DNA from: an uncultured bacterium
Lineage (GTDB): Bacteria > Desulfobacterota > Binatia > UBA1149 > CAITLU01
Direction of reading: 5' to 3'
Assembly: GCA_903893315.1 (NCBI GenBank)
Contig: CAITLU010000031.1
Span: 14,402-78,401, forward strand
DNA length: 64,000 nt
A program made the position numbers and the translations under genes. A model generated the notes under the pieces. It saw only the letters and a list, made by a program, of their open reading frames with translations. It did no database searches and was not told the DNA's origin. Each line of letters begins with the position of its first letter. Position 1 is the first letter of the stretch. This document shows positions 54,581-64,000 of the stretch, one piece after another.

Positions 54581-55054
54581 GTGATCGTCAGGGTGCCCGA
54601 CCTTACCGAAGAAGTCCGCAAGGTCGTTTTTTGCGAACCTGCGGCTTCGCTCAATGACCGGATAGACGCGAGTCCGGGCCGGGAAGACGAGCATTTCGTC
54701 GGCGACCTGGAGGTTGACGGTGAGCTCTACCGCACCGAGGGCGACGTGCACTTCAGCGGCAGTGTCGGAGCGCAGGTCCGGTCGGTTTGTTCTCGCTGTC
54801 TCGAAGAGTTCGTTTGGCAGCTGGAGCGCGATTTCAGCTTCGTGATCGTGCCTGCCAAGGCTGCGGAAGAACCGCAGGACGACGAAGGGATAGATCACTA
54901 CAGCGGCGACGACCTCGATCTGGCGCCGCTGGTATGCGAGCAGGCTCTGCTTGCGCTGGATCTTTCGCTGCTGTGTTCGGATTCTTGCCGCGGACTGTGT
55001 GCGGGTTGCGGCGCCAACCTCAATGTCGAGGAGTGCAGGTGCGCCAATCGCTGA
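54581..55054 (+). CDS. yceD: YceD/DUF177-family protein (large-subunit rRNA accumulation protein)
   Basis: Conserved position immediately upstream of rpmF. Acidic protein with C-terminal Cys cluster CSDSCRGLCAGCGANLN. GTG 54581 with GGAGAG RBS. Confidence 0.75.
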   Translation: MIVRVPDLTEEVRKVVFCEPAASLNDRIDASPGREDEHFVGDLEVDGELYRTEGDVHFSGSVGAQVRSVCSRCLEEFVWQLERDFSFVIVPAKAAEEPQDDEGIDHYSGDDLDLAPLVCEQALLALDLSLLCSDSCRGLCAGCGANLNVEECRCANR

Positions 55055-55093
55055 TGAAGGCCGATCAAGGCCGCAGCGCCGAGGAGAGAGAAG

Positions 55094-55276
55094 ATGCCAG
55101 TTCCCAAACGTAGAACGTCAAAGTCCAAGAAAAACATGCGGCGCTCGCACGATGCTCTGACACCCACCGTGTCGGTTAATTGCTCCAACTGCGGCGAGCG
55201 GACCTTGCCTCATCACGTGTGTCCGTCCTGCGGTAATTACCACGGGCGCCGCGTGGTCGAGACCGCCGAGGTTTGA
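55094..55276 (+). CDS. rpmF: 50S ribosomal protein L32
   Basis: [22 protein letters not shown]...[26 protein letters not shown]. Confidence 0.95.
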   Translation: MPVPKRRTSKSKKNMRRSHDALTPTVSVNCSNCGERTLPHHVCPSCGNYHGRRVVETAEV

Positions 55277-55475
55277 ACCGCTGAAGCCTGCCTCGACTCC
55301 GCTGATGTCGATGTCGCGGGTCCGGTCGCGCGATTCGTGGTTCCGGCCACGGTTGCAGCCGTTGGTGTATGTGCGCGATGAAGTGCGGAGTTTACTCTCC
55401 GACCGTGTGTTGTATGTCAATGGTGGAATTTATCTGCATGCCGCGCTGCTCGCGGCTGCGAAGGGAGTGTAAGCG

Positions 55476-55715
55476 ATGGCTCAAACCGAGAGGGTGATCG
55501 AGATCATCTGCGACCAACTGACCCTCGACCGCTCGCAGGTCACCCACGAATCGTCGTTCCTCGAAGACCTTGGCGCCGACTCGTTGGACATCGTCCAGCT
55601 GATCATGGCCCTCGAAGAGGAGTACGGCCTGGAGATTTCCGACGAGGACGCCGAGAAGATCCGGACCGTGCAGGACATCATCGATTTCATCAACACCCAC
55701 CACACCAGCCGCTAG
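55476..55715 (+). CDS. acpP: acyl carrier protein
   Basis: [41 protein letters not shown] with the DSLD phosphopantetheine-attachment serine. AAGGGAG RBS. Confidence 0.95.
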   Translation: MAQTERVIEIICDQLTLDRSQVTHESSFLEDLGADSLDIVQLIMALEEEYGLEISDEDAEKIRTVQDIIDFINTHHTSR

Positions 55716-55734
55716 GGAGGCCGCCACGGCGGCT

Positions 55735-56184
55735 TTGCGCAAAAGAATTCATGTCGGTTGCGATCACGCAGCCGTCGCGGCCAAGAACGTGGTCATCGAC
55801 GAGCTGCGCGCTCGCGGTTTCGACGTAGACGACGTCGGCACCGACGGCACCGCTTCGGTCGACTATCCGGACTACGCCGAGAAGGTCGGCCGTGCGGTTG
55901 CGGACGGCGAGGCGTGCTGCGGCGTACTGCTGTGCGGGAGCGGCATCGGCATGTCGATCGCCGCCAACAAGATCGCGGGCGTGCGTGCGGCCCTGGTTCA
56001 CGATGTGACCGGCGCCGAACTGTCGCGTCGGCACAACGACGCCAATGTTCTGGTGCTCGGCGGCGGAATGCTTGGTGACAGGCTGATTCGCGAGATCGTG
56101 CGAACCTGGGTAGAGAGCGATTTCGAAGGCGGCCGCCACAGCCTGCGCATCGACAAGATTCGCGCCCTCGAAAGAAACAAGTGA
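55735..56184 (+). CDS. rpiB: ribose-5-phosphate isomerase B
   Basis: RIHVGCDHAAV...LLCGSGIGMSIAANK...VLVLGG RpiB/LacAB motifs. TTG start at 55735; no alternative in-frame start. Confidence 0.8.
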   Translation: MRKRIHVGCDHAAVAAKNVVIDELRARGFDVDDVGTDGTASVDYPDYAEKVGRAVADGEACCGVLLCGSGIGMSIAANKIAGVRAALVHDVTGAELSRRHNDANVLVLGGGMLGDRLIREIVRTWVESDFEGGRHSLRIDKIRALERNK

Positions 56185-56240
56185 CGCTGGTCTGACACGA
56201 AGGCGTGTCCGGGCCGGCGGTCGACAAAGAAGGAGAAGTC

Positions 56241-57497
56241 GTGAGTTTTCTAGAGACCACCGACCCCGAGGTCTACGCAGCCATCCGTAAAGAGGGCCGT
56301 CGCCAGGAACTCTTCCTCGAACTGATCGCGTCGGAGAACGTGGTTAGCGAGGCGGTTCTCGAAGCCGCCGGTTCCGTGCTCACCAACAAATACGCGGAGG
56401 GTTACCCCGGCAAGCGCTATTACGGCGGTTGCGAGCACGTCGACGTCGTGGAGGGGCTGGCGATAGAGCGCGCCAAGCGTCTGTTCGGTGCCGAGCACGC
56501 CAACGTGCAGCCGCACTCGGGTTCGCAGGCCAACATGGCCGTGTATTTCTCGATTCTCGACCCCGGCGACGTCGTTCTGGCGATGAACCTCGCGCACGGA
56601 GGTCATCTCACGCACGGCAGTCCGGTGAACTTCTCCGGACGGTTTTTTAAGATAGTTCCGTACGGAGTGAGCGAGGGCGACCACCGCATCGATTTCGATC
56701 AGGTGCGCAAGCTGGCCCTAGAGAACAAGCCGAAACTGATCGTCTGCGGTCACAGCGCGTACCCGCGACAACTCGACTTCGCAGCTTTCCGCAGCATCGC
56801 CGACGAGGTCGGTGCGCTGCTCATGGCCGACATCGCGCATGTGGCAGGTCTGGTGGTCGGCGGAGTGCATCCGTCGCCGGTTCCTTACTGCGACTTCGTC
56901 ACGACGACCACGCACAAGACCCTGCGCGGACCTCGCGGCGGACTGATCCTTTGCAAGTCCGAGCACGCCAAGAAGATCGACTCGTCGATCTTCCCAGGTA
57001 ATCAGGGTGGACCTCTGATGCACGTGATCGCGGCCAAGGCTGTGGCTTTTCTCGAGGCGTCGCAGCCTTCGTTCCGCACCTACCAGAAGAACATCGTCGA
57101 CAACGCCGCAGCCATGGCTGCCGGTCTGCTCGAAGAAGGGTTCCGCCTGGTTTCCGGCGGTACCGACAATCACATGATGCTGCTTGATCTGCGCGACAGC
57201 GAGATGACCGGCAAGAAGGCCCAGGAGACGCTCGATCTCGCTCACATCACTGCGAACCGCAATTCGGTTCCCTTCGACACACGCTCGCCGTTCGTTACGT
57301 CCGGGCTCAGGCTCGGCACGCCGGCGGTGACGACGAGGGGCTTCGGGACGGTGGAGATGCGCCGTATCGCGGCCTGGATAGGCCGCGCTCTGGCTGCTCC
57401 AGACGATGCTGGGTCGCTCGCGCTGATCGGCGCTGAGATCGCGACTTTGTGCCGGGCTTTTCCGCTTTATCCGGCGCGCGGCTATGCCGACGACTGA
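56241..57497 (+). CDS. glyA: serine hydroxymethyltransferase
   Basis: GTG 56241 with [53 protein letters not shown] (PLP-Lys). Confidence 0.95.
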   Translation: MSFLETTDPEVYAAIRKEGRRQELFLELIASENVVSEAVLEAAGSVLTNKYAEGYPGKRYYGGCEHVDVVEGLAIERAKRLFGAEHANVQPHSGSQANMAVYFSILDPGDVVLAMNLAHGGHLTHGSPVNFSGRFFKIVPYGVSEGDHRIDFDQVRKLALENKPKLIVCGHSAYPRQLDFAAFRSIADEVGALLMADIAHVAGLVVGGVHPSPVPYCDFVTTTTHKTLRGPRGGLILCKSEHAKKIDSSIFPGNQGGPLMHVIAAKAVAFLEASQPSFRTYQKNIVDNAAAMAAGLLEEGFRLVSGGTDNHMMLLDLRDSEMTGKKAQETLDLAHITANRNSVPFDTRSPFVTSGLRLGTPAVTTRGFGTVEMRRIAAWIGRALAAPDDAGSLALIGAEIATLCRAFPLYPARGYADD

Positions 57498-57540
57498 GGG
57501 TCGACGGCGCAGCGCGCCGCCGGTCGTGCGCAGCACCTTG

Positions 57541-57560
57541 GCAGGTCGGCCGTGACCTGC
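57541..57560 (+). terminator. hairpin GCAGGTC-ggccgt-GACCTGC nested inside a GTGCGC...GCGCAC inverted repeat (57526-57577), downstream of glyA
   Basis: 7-bp perfect stem with a 6-nt loop. The outer 6-bp inverted repeat spans 52 nt. No U-tract. Confidence 0.25.
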
Positions 57561-57616
57561 AAGCGGCCTGAGCGCACGAAGTACCAGAGCGCGAGAGCAC
57601 GAAGCAGGCGCGATAG

Positions 57617-58093
57617 ATGAGATGCCCGTTCTGCCAGCATGGCGACGACCGCGTAGTCGACTCGCGCGAGAGCGGCGACGGCGACAGCGTGCGGCGCCGA
57701 CGCGAGTGCTCAAAGTGCGGGCGCCGCTTCACCACTTACGAGCGCGTCGACGCGGTGATGCCGCTGGTCGTCAAGAAGGACGGCCGACGCGAGGCGTGGG
57801 ATCGGCACAAGTTGGTCGCCGGGTTCCACAAGGCCTGTGAAAAGAGGCCGGTTTCCGCGGACGCGATCGAGGATTCGGTCAGCCGGATAGAAAGGACCAT
57901 GCAGGATCGGGGCGTACGGGAACTGGCAAGTACCGAGGTAGGCGAGGCCGTCATGGACAGTCTCAAACGTCTGGATGAGGTCGCGTACGTGCGCTTCGCG
58001 TCGGTCTACAAGTCGTTTCGCGACATCGCCGAGTTTCAGCGTACCGTCGAGAGCCTTGTCAGTGAACGTAAACGGAGCGAGGCAGAGGAGTGA
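57617..58093 (+). CDS. nrdR: transcriptional repressor NrdR
   Basis: [22 protein letters not shown]...[14 protein letters not shown] zinc ribbon followed by an ATP-cone. Confidence 0.9.
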   Translation: MRCPFCQHGDDRVVDSRESGDGDSVRRRRECSKCGRRFTTYERVDAVMPLVVKKDGRREAWDRHKLVAGFHKACEKRPVSADAIEDSVSRIERTMQDRGVRELASTEVGEAVMDSLKRLDEVAYVRFASVYKSFRDIAEFQRTVESLVSERKRSEAEE

Positions 58094-59223
58094 GTCTCCA
58101 AGCCGGCGCCGCGGAAGATCAACGCTGGATGCGTGTGGCTCTTCAGGAGAGCGCGCTGGCGCTCGGTCATACAAGCCCCAATCCTGCGGTTGGGTGCGTG
58201 CTGGTGCGCGGCGGCAAAGAGTTGGCGCGTGGTCACACCGCGCGGGTAGGCGGACCTCATGCCGAGGCTGAGGCCCTGGATGCACTTGCGGCTGCGGGCA
58301 GGAGTGCCCGTGGTGCGACCGCTTACGTCACGTTGGAGCCCTGCGCCCACTTCGGTCGCACCCCTCCGTGTGCCGATGCTCTCATCGAAGCCGGGATCGT
58401 GCGAGTGGTTGTGGGCTGCCGTGATCCGCACTCGTTGGTGTCCGGCCGTGGTCTGCGAAAACTCCGTCGCGGCGGCGTTCGGGTGGACAAGGGCGTGTTG
58501 GAGAGCGAGTGCGCCGAATCGCTGCGCGGATTTTTTTCGGTGGCCGCTACCGGGCTACCGTTCGTGCACCTTAAACTTGCGGCGACTCTCGACGGGCGCA
58601 TCGCTTCGCGCAGCGGTCAGTCGCGTTGGATTTCCGGTTCACACTCGCGGCGCGTGGTGCAGTCGATGCGCGACCGCGCCGACGCAGTTCTGGTAGGCAT
58701 CGGCACTGTGCTGGCCGACGATCCACGGCTTACCTGCCGTCTTGCCGGCGCCCAGCAGCCCCTGCGTGTGGTGCTGGATCCGCTGCTTCGCACCCCGGCG
58801 CTGTCGCGGGTGGTTGGCGGGCGCGGTCGTGCGTTGATAGTCGGATCGGCGTCAGCGCCGGCGGCGAGGCGACGCGCCCTCGAGAAAGCCGGCGCCGAAG
58901 TGTGGACGCTCAACACTCGGGGGCGCCTGGGTTGGCAGCGTCTGCTGGCCCGGCTTGCTGCCGACGGGGTGCTCGAAGTCCTCGTCGAGGGCGGCGCTGC
59001 GGTTGCGGCTTCGGCTGTGCGAGCCGGTGTGGTCAAGCGCGTCTCAATCTTCTACAACGCGCGGTTCATGGGCGGCGACGGAGTGCCGATGCTGGGGAGT
59101 CTCGGGGTCCTGGACCCCGCCAAAGCGCCCGTTTTGAGAACGCTTCGCTTCGGACGCGTAAGCCAAGTAGACCGCATGAGTCCGGCCCAGGATGACTGGC
59201 TGTGGGAAGGCGAGCCGTTATGA
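58090..59223 (+). CDS. ribD: bifunctional riboflavin biosynthesis deaminase/reductase
   Basis: GTGA coupling. Deaminase zinc motifs HAEAEAL and [15 protein letters not shown]-terminal RibD reductase domain. Confidence 0.9.
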   Translation: MSLQAGAAEDQRWMRVALQESALALGHTSPNPAVGCVLVRGGKELARGHTARVGGPHAEAEALDALAAAGRSARGATAYVTLEPCAHFGRTPPCADALIEAGIVRVVVGCRDPHSLVSGRGLRKLRRGGVRVDKGVLESECAESLRGFFSVAATGLPFVHLKLAATLDGRIASRSGQSRWISGSHSRRVVQSMRDRADAVLVGIGTVLADDPRLTCRLAGAQQPLRVVLDPLLRTPALSRVVGGRGRALIVGSASAPAARRRALEKAGAEVWTLNTRGRLGWQRLLARLAADGVLEVLVEGGAAVAASAVRAGVVKRVSIFYNARFMGGDGVPMLGSLGVLDPAKAPVLRTLRFGRVSQVDRMSPAQDDWLWEGEPL

Positions 59224-60566
59224 GTACGACCACCAAAGGGAACAAAAAAGGGCAGGGCGGGAAGATCGTCCACCCCGGCAAGACCAGAGCGCTGCGCGCG
59301 GGCGTGGCATCGAAGAAATCGCGCTTTGCCGATGCCGAACTCGAGGCCGCGACCGCGGCTGCGGCCTGTGGATCGGTCGTGGTGCTCTACGACGAGAATC
59401 AGCCTCAGGCCGGCGGTTATCTTTGCGCGAGCGCACGCAGGATCAGCGCCGAGACCGTCAACCTTATGGTGGTCGAGGCCCGCGGTCTGGTGTGTCTGGC
59501 GATGAGCGAAGAGCGCATGCGGCGCCTTGGGATTCCCGTTCTGGTTGCCGAGAGCCCGTTTCTGCGCGGACACGCTTTCGGCGCGTCGATCGAGGCCTCG
59601 TGCGGCGTCACGACTGGGATTTCGGCCGCGGATCGCGCAGCGACGATCCTGGCTTCGAGCGCACCGGGCGCCGGTCCCGCGGACATAGTAATGCCGGGCC
59701 ACATATTCCCGATTCAGGTGCGCAGCGGTGGCGTGCTGGTGCGGCCTGACGCCGCGGCGGCAGCCTCGGATCTTTGCGACCTTGCCGGAGAGAGCGACTG
59801 CGCGGTTCTGTGCGCGGTGCTTGACGAAGCCGGGGAACTGGCTTCCATCGATCTTCTGGAAATCCTGGCGGCCAGACTCGGCGTCCCGATTCTCAAGGTT
59901 GGTTCGCTCGTCGCCTACCGTCTCGCCACCGAACTGGTGGTCGAGCGTGTCGCTGAGAGGACGATAGAGAGCGGCTTCGGCGGGACTTTTCGCGCCATCG
60001 TCTATCGCAATGACTTCGATCATCACGAGCACATGGCGCTGGTTGCCGGGGACATATCGGGCGATCAGCCGGTGACGGTGCGTGCGCACTCTCAGTGTCT
60101 GACGGGCGACGTGTTCGGGTCCACGCGCTGCGACTGCGGTGATCAGTTGCGTCTTGCCATCGACGTCATCTCATCGGAAGGACGCGGCGTGATCGTCTAC
60201 ATGCATCAGGAGGGCCGCGGGATCGGTCTGGCCAACAAGGTGCTTGCGTATGCTTTGCAGGACCTCGGGCGCGATACTGTAGAAGCCAATCTCGAACTGG
60301 GCTTCGGCGAAGACCTGCGTGACTACGGCATTACCGCGCAGATACTGAAGGACCTCGGAGTCCACAAGGTGCGGTTGCTGACCAACAACCCGCAGAAAGT
60401 CGAGAGCCTTGAACGCTACGGCGTCAAGGTGGTGGAACGACGCTCGATCGAAGCGGCTCCTCACGACGACAATATCGGATACCTGCGCACCAAGCGCCGT
60501 AAGCTCGGCCATCTGCTCGATGCCGACAGTCTTGGTGCCGACATCGACGTGGAGGGTTCACGATGA
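59220..60566 (+). CDS. ribBA: bifunctional 3,4-dihydroxy-2-butanone-4-phosphate synthase / GTP cyclohydrolase II
   Basis: ATGA coupling at 59220. DHBP synthase half followed by a GTP cyclohydrolase II half (CLTGDVFGSTRCDCG, YMHQEGRGIGL). Confidence 0.9.
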   Translation: MSTTTKGNKKGQGGKIVHPGKTRALRAGVASKKSRFADAELEAATAAAACGSVVVLYDENQPQAGGYLCASARRISAETVNLMVVEARGLVCLAMSEERMRRLGIPVLVAESPFLRGHAFGASIEASCGVTTGISAADRAATILASSAPGAGPADIVMPGHIFPIQVRSGGVLVRPDAAAAASDLCDLAGESDCAVLCAVLDEAGELASIDLLEILAARLGVPILKVGSLVAYRLATELVVERVAERTIESGFGGTFRAIVYRNDFDHHEHMALVAGDISGDQPVTVRAHSQCLTGDVFGSTRCDCGDQLRLAIDVISSEGRGVIVYMHQEGRGIGLANKVLAYALQDLGRDTVEANLELGFGEDLRDYGITAQILKDLGVHKVRLLTNNPQKVESLERYGVKVVERRSIEAAPHDDNIGYLRTKRRKLGHLLDADSLGADIDVEGSR

Positions 60567-61045
60567 TCGAGGAAAGTGGTTTTCAAGGTGGTGGCGCGAT
60601 TCGTGTGGCGATCGTCGTAAGCCGTTTCAACCAGGCCGTTACCGATAATCTGCTGGAAGGGGCCATGCAGGCCGCAGCAAAGTACGGAGTCGTTGTCGGT
60701 GACGATGACGTGTTCACGGTTCCTGGTGCCTTTGAATTGCCGTTGGTCGCTCTGGCTGCGGCGCGCTGTCCGGAGTACCACGCGGTGGTGTGTCTCGGGG
60801 CGGTGATTCGCGGCGAAACTCCGCACTTCCAGTACGTCTGCGAGCAGGCGGCCTGCGGCATTCGCGAGGCCTCGCTGTCGACAGGAAAGCCGATCGCGTT
60901 CGGCGTGCTGACGACCGACGATTTGCCACAGGCTCTGGCCCGCGCAGGGGGTGATGTAGGCAACAAGGGCTACGAGGCGGTGGTAACGGTGGTCGAGACT
61001 CTCGAAGTGCTTTCGCGTCTGCAGGGCCACGGACTTCACTCGTGA
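60563..61045 (+). CDS. ribH: 6,7-dimethyl-8-ribityllumazine synthase
   Basis: ATGA coupling. RVAIVVSRFN...VPGAFELP...VCLGAVIRGETPHFQYV. Confidence 0.9.
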   Translation: MIEESGFQGGGAIRVAIVVSRFNQAVTDNLLEGAMQAAAKYGVVVGDDDVFTVPGAFELPLVALAAARCPEYHAVVCLGAVIRGETPHFQYVCEQAACGIREASLSTGKPIAFGVLTTDDLPQALARAGGDVGNKGYEAVVTVVETLEVLSRLQGHGLHS

Positions 61046-61545
61046 GTCGATCGCCGCGTAGGAAAGGGCGCGAGGCCGCTCTTCAACTGCTTTACCAGGT
61101 GGAACTCACGGGGGAGCTTTCCGAAGCCATTCTAGAGTTGTTCTGGGAGCAGCACCCGAGCCAGGCAGCCAAAGAAGAAGGCGCGTCAATTCGCGAGTTC
61201 GCGGAACTCCTGGTCAAGGGCGTGATGGCGGATCGTACCCGGATAGATGGGCTCATCGACAGTGCTGCCCGCAACTGGAACCTGGAGAGGCTATCGCGTG
61301 TCGATTTGAGCGTGTTGCGTCTGGCAGTGGGCGAAATGCTCGCGATGCCCGAGACCCCCGCGGCCGTCATCATCAACGAAGCGGTCGAGATCGCCAGGCG
61401 CTTCTCGGACGAGAAGGCGGCGTCGTTCATCAACGCGGTCGTAGATCGTATCGCGCGTGAGCGGGGCGCGGCCAAGGAAGCGCAGCGGCTCGGGGACCAG
61501 GAACGGCCGGGTGTCGTCGACGAGATCAAGACTCAAAGGAACTGA
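61042..61545 (+). CDS. nusB: transcription antitermination factor NusB
   Basis: GTGA coupling. RREAALQLLYQVEL...NWNLERLSRVDLSVLRLAVGEM. Confidence 0.9.
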   Translation: MSRSPRRKGREAALQLLYQVELTGELSEAILELFWEQHPSQAAKEEGASIREFAELLVKGVMADRTRIDGLIDSAARNWNLERLSRVDLSVLRLAVGEMLAMPETPAAVIINEAVEIARRFSDEKAASFINAVVDRIARERGAAKEAQRLGDQERPGVVDEIKTQRN

Positions 61546-61548
61546 CCG

Positions 61549-64000
61549 ATGGCGATCATGGACGCCTACAACCCCGAGGAAATAGAGGCCCGTTGGCAAC
61601 GTCGCTGGGCGGAAGCACCGGCCATGGACGAGGGCAACGCGGGAGAAGAAGCTCCATGTTTCTATCTTCTGGAGATGTTCCCGTATCCCTCCGGACGTAT
61701 CCATATGGGACACGTCCGCAATTACACCATCGGCGACGTGATGGCGCGCTTCCTCAGAGCTCGCGGCTATCGCGTGCTGCATCCGATGGGCTGGGATGCG
61801 TTTGGACTTCCCGCCGAAACGGCTGCCATCCAGCGCGGCGTGGCGCCCGCGAAGTGGACCTACGAAAACATCGAAGCGATGCGCGTGCAGCTTCGCAGGA
61901 TGGGCTTCAGCTACGACTGGAAGCGCGAGCTGGCTACGTGCCATCCCGGCTACTACCGTTGGGAGCAGTTGTTCTTCCTGCAGATGCTCGAGAAGGGCAT
62001 CGCGTACCGCAAGAAAGCTGTCGTCAACTGGTGCGAGCAGTGCGGCACCGTTCTCGCCAACGAGCAGGTGGAAGGCGAGCAGTGCTGGCGGGGGCACCGG
62101 CCGGTCACGCAGAAAGAGATTGACGGCTGGTTTCTGCGCATCACCGCCTACGCGGACGAATTGCTCGACGGCCTCGACACACTCGAAGGCTGGCCTGAGA
62201 AAGTGCGCACCATGCAGCGCAACTGGATCGGCCGCAGCTACGGCGTTCAGATCGCCTTTCCGTTGGTGGAATGCGAAGGCAGCCTCGAAGTTTTCACGAC
62301 CCGCGCCGACACGCTTTTCGGGGTGACTTTCGCGAGTATTGCCGCCGAGCACCCGCTGGCAGAGCGTCTGGCCGAGGCCGGCGGCAGGCAAAGCGAGGTG
62401 CGCGCGTTCGTCGATCGAATACGCCGACAGGAAGCGACCGAGCGGGCTCAAGGAAAGGAAGGCGTTTTCACCGGCTGTCATGTCGTCAATCCGGTGAGCG
62501 GGGAACGAGTTCCGGTCTACGTGGCCAACTTCGTGCTGATGAGTTACGGCACCGGAGCGGTGATGGCGGTTCCGGCCCATGACCAGCGCGATTTCGATTT
62601 CGCCAGGCGTTACGAGATTCCGATCCGCGTGGTTGTGCAGTCCGAGGGCGGCGACCTCGACGGCGATGCGATGACCGCGGCTTACGAAGACGACGGCGTA
62701 CTGGTGGCCAGCGGCGAGTTCACCGGCAAGACCAGCGAGATGGCGAGAAGCGAAATCGCCGAACATCTGCAGGCAGCCGGCAAGGGCCGCAAGACGGTCA
62801 ACTACCGGCTGAGAGACTGGGGCATTTCCCGTCAGCGTTACTGGGGCGCGCCGATCCCGGTCGTGCACTGCACGGCGTGCGGCGTGGTTCCCGTTGCAGT
62901 CGAGCAACTTCCGGTGATTCTGCCGACCGACGTCGAGTTGCTGGCCGGCGGCGCTTCGCCGCTGCCGACGCTCGAAAGCTGGGTCAATACGCAGTGTCCG
63001 CGCTGCAAAGGGGCGGCAAGGCGCGAGACCGACACGATGGACACTTTCGTCGAGTCGTCGTGGTATTTCCTGCGCTACACGTCAGCGCGCCTGGACACTG
63101 CGCCGTTCGATCCGCTGGAACTCGAGAAATGGCTGCCGGTCGATCACTACATCGGCGGTGTCGAGCACGCGGTGTTGCACCTGCTCTACTCGCGCTTCTT
63201 CACTCGGGTGCTGCGTGACCTTGGCTGGATTCGTCTCGATGAGCCGTTCCGCAACCTGCTCACTCAGGGCATGGTCATCAAGGACGGCGCCAAGATGAGC
63301 AAGTCCAAGGGCAATGTGGTCGACCCCGACGATCTCATCAACGCCTACGGCGCCGACACTGCCAGACTGTTTTCGATGTTCGCCGCGCCGCCCGAAAAAG
63401 ATCTCGATTGGAGCGAGCGCGGGGTGGACGGCAGCTACCGATTTCTTACGCGGGTGTGGCGTCTGGCCATGGCGTTTGAAGGGCGGCAACTTGCGTGGGC
63501 TGATCCCGGCCGGAGCGATGTCGGGGGCGCTCCTGATGAAGACGGCGGAGGTAAGCTTCGGTCGCTGGTCCACGAGACGATCCGCCGTGTCACTCATGAC
63601 ATCGGTGAGCGCAGGCATTTCAATACCGCGGTGGCTGCTATCATGGAGTTGGTTAACGCGATCTACGAGAGAAGGGCGCTGCGCCAGAGCGACGACGCGA
63701 TAACGCACTTCGCCACAGCCACGGTGCTGCGTCTGCTGGCACCTTTTGCGCCTCACATCACCAGCGAACTTTGGGAGAGGCTGGTCGGAACTCCCGCGCT
63801 CGACCGGCTGCTCTGGCCTGAAGTAGACGCTACGGCACTGGTACGCGAGACACTGGAAATGGCGGTGCAGATAAACGGCAAGGTGCGGGCGCATATCTCT
63901 GTGCCGGCCGATGCGACGGAAGCAGACGTTCTCGCGACGGCTTTGGCGGAAGAAAAAGTAGCCGGTGAACTGGCGGGACGTTCACCGCGCAAGACCGTGG
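61549..64000 (+). CDS. leuS: leucine--tRNA ligase (N-terminal about 817 aa; runs off window end)
   Basis: AAAGGA RBS 9 nt before ATG 61549. HMGH motif (PYPSGRIHMGHVRNY). KMSKS (KMSKSKGNVV). Editing-domain and Zn-cluster sequences (CTACGVVP...CPRCKG). Not in the ORF track because no stop occurs before 64000. Confidence 0.9.
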   Translation, partial: MAIMDAYNPEEIEARWQRRWAEAPAMDEGNAGEEAPCFYLLEMFPYPSGRIHMGHVRNYTIGDVMARFLRARGYRVLHPMGWDAFGLPAETAAIQRGVAPAKWTYENIEAMRVQLRRMGFSYDWKRELATCHPGYYRWEQLFFLQMLEKGIAYRKKAVVNWCEQCGTVLANEQVEGEQCWRGHRPVTQKEIDGWFLRITAYADELLDGLDTLEGWPEKVRTMQRNWIGRSYGVQIAFPLVECEGSLEVFTTRADTLFGVTFASIAAEHPLAERLAEAGGRQSEVRAFVDRIRRQEATERAQGKEGVFTGCHVVNPVSGERVPVYVANFVLMSYGTGAVMAVPAHDQRDFDFARRYEIPIRVVVQSEGGDLDGDAMTAAYEDDGVLVASGEFTGKTSEMARSEIAEHLQAAGKGRKTVNYRLRDWGISRQRYWGAPIPVVHCTACGVVPVAVEQLPVILPTDVELLAGGASPLPTLESWVNTQCPRCKGAARRETDTMDTFVESSWYFLRYTSARLDTAPFDPLELEKWLPVDHYIGGVEHAVLHLLYSRFFTRVLRDLGWIRLDEPFRNLLTQGMVIKDGAKMSKSKGNVVDPDDLINAYGADTARLFSMFAAPPEKDLDWSERGVDGSYRFLTRVWRLAMAFEGRQLAWADPGRSDVGGAPDEDGGGKLRSLVHETIRRVTHDIGERRHFNTAVAAIMELVNAIYERRALRQSDDAITHFATATVLRLLAPFAPHITSELWERLVGTPALDRLLWPEVDATALVRETLEMAVQINGKVRAHISVPADATEADVLATALAEEKVAGELAGRSPRKTV

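Noticed and set aside
1-64000. CRISPR arrays, rRNA/tRNA genes, transposases, integrases and phage genes
   Set aside because: No arrays of short direct repeats and no recognisable recombinase or transposase ORFs were seen. The few intergenic regions are too short or show no cloverleaf-like pairing for tRNA.

Overview
This is a 64-kb, high-GC (roughly two-thirds G+C, strong GC3 codon bias) bacterial chromosomal segment. The six-frame track contains many long antisense or out-of-frame ORFs of the kind expected at this GC content. Real genes were called from recognisable protein families, ribosome-binding sites, start/stop coupling and hydrophobicity patterns, not from ORF length.

Layout:
- Left flank (1-8.6 kb): two minus-strand polytopic membrane proteins, one of them a GT-C-like glycosyltransferase candidate. 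Also two acyl-CoA dehydrogenases, metF, a cyclophilin lipoprotein and a luciferase-like (LLM) flavin oxidoreductase.
- Centre (about 8.8-52.4 kb): one co-directional block of about 35 genes, about 43.6 kb, all on the + strand and many translationally coupled (ATGA/GTGA/TTGA overlaps). This is an exopolysaccharide locus.
  - It opens with a perfect sigma-54 promoter (TGGCAG-N5-TTGCA at 8846-8861).
  - Next come an uncharacterised 137-aa protein, a sensor-less histidine kinase and an NtrC-type sigma-54 activator.
  - Then the gene set I recognise as the core of PEP-CTERM/exosortase-associated EPS loci: an ExeA/GspA-like AAA ATPase with LysM and SPOR-like tail, a Wza-like export lipoprotein, a Wzz/GumC-like co-polymerase, a BY-kinase-like ATPase and a Wzy/O-antigen-ligase-like membrane protein.
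  - Then a Wzx/Wzy-type biosynthetic set: seven GT4, three GT2, one GT-C, a DegT aminotransferase, Gfo/Idh/MocA and epimerase/dehydratase enzymes, a WbpA-like nucleotide-sugar dehydrogenase and a Wzx flippase.
  - Unusual members are a domain-permuted polyprenyl-phosphate sugar phosphotransferase, an HprK-related P-loop kinase and an 860-aa FG-GAP beta-propeller protein. There is also a module of four alkaline-phosphatase-superfamily enzymes, three of which share a C-terminal LR[AS]LGY[VL] motif.
  - No exosortase, PEP-CTERM substrate, transposase, integrase, tRNA, rRNA or CRISPR array is visible in the window.
- Right flank: hisG (minus strand), lpxD, yceD-rpmF, acpP, rpiB, glyA, nrdR-ribD-ribBA-ribH-nusB, and the 5' part of leuS.
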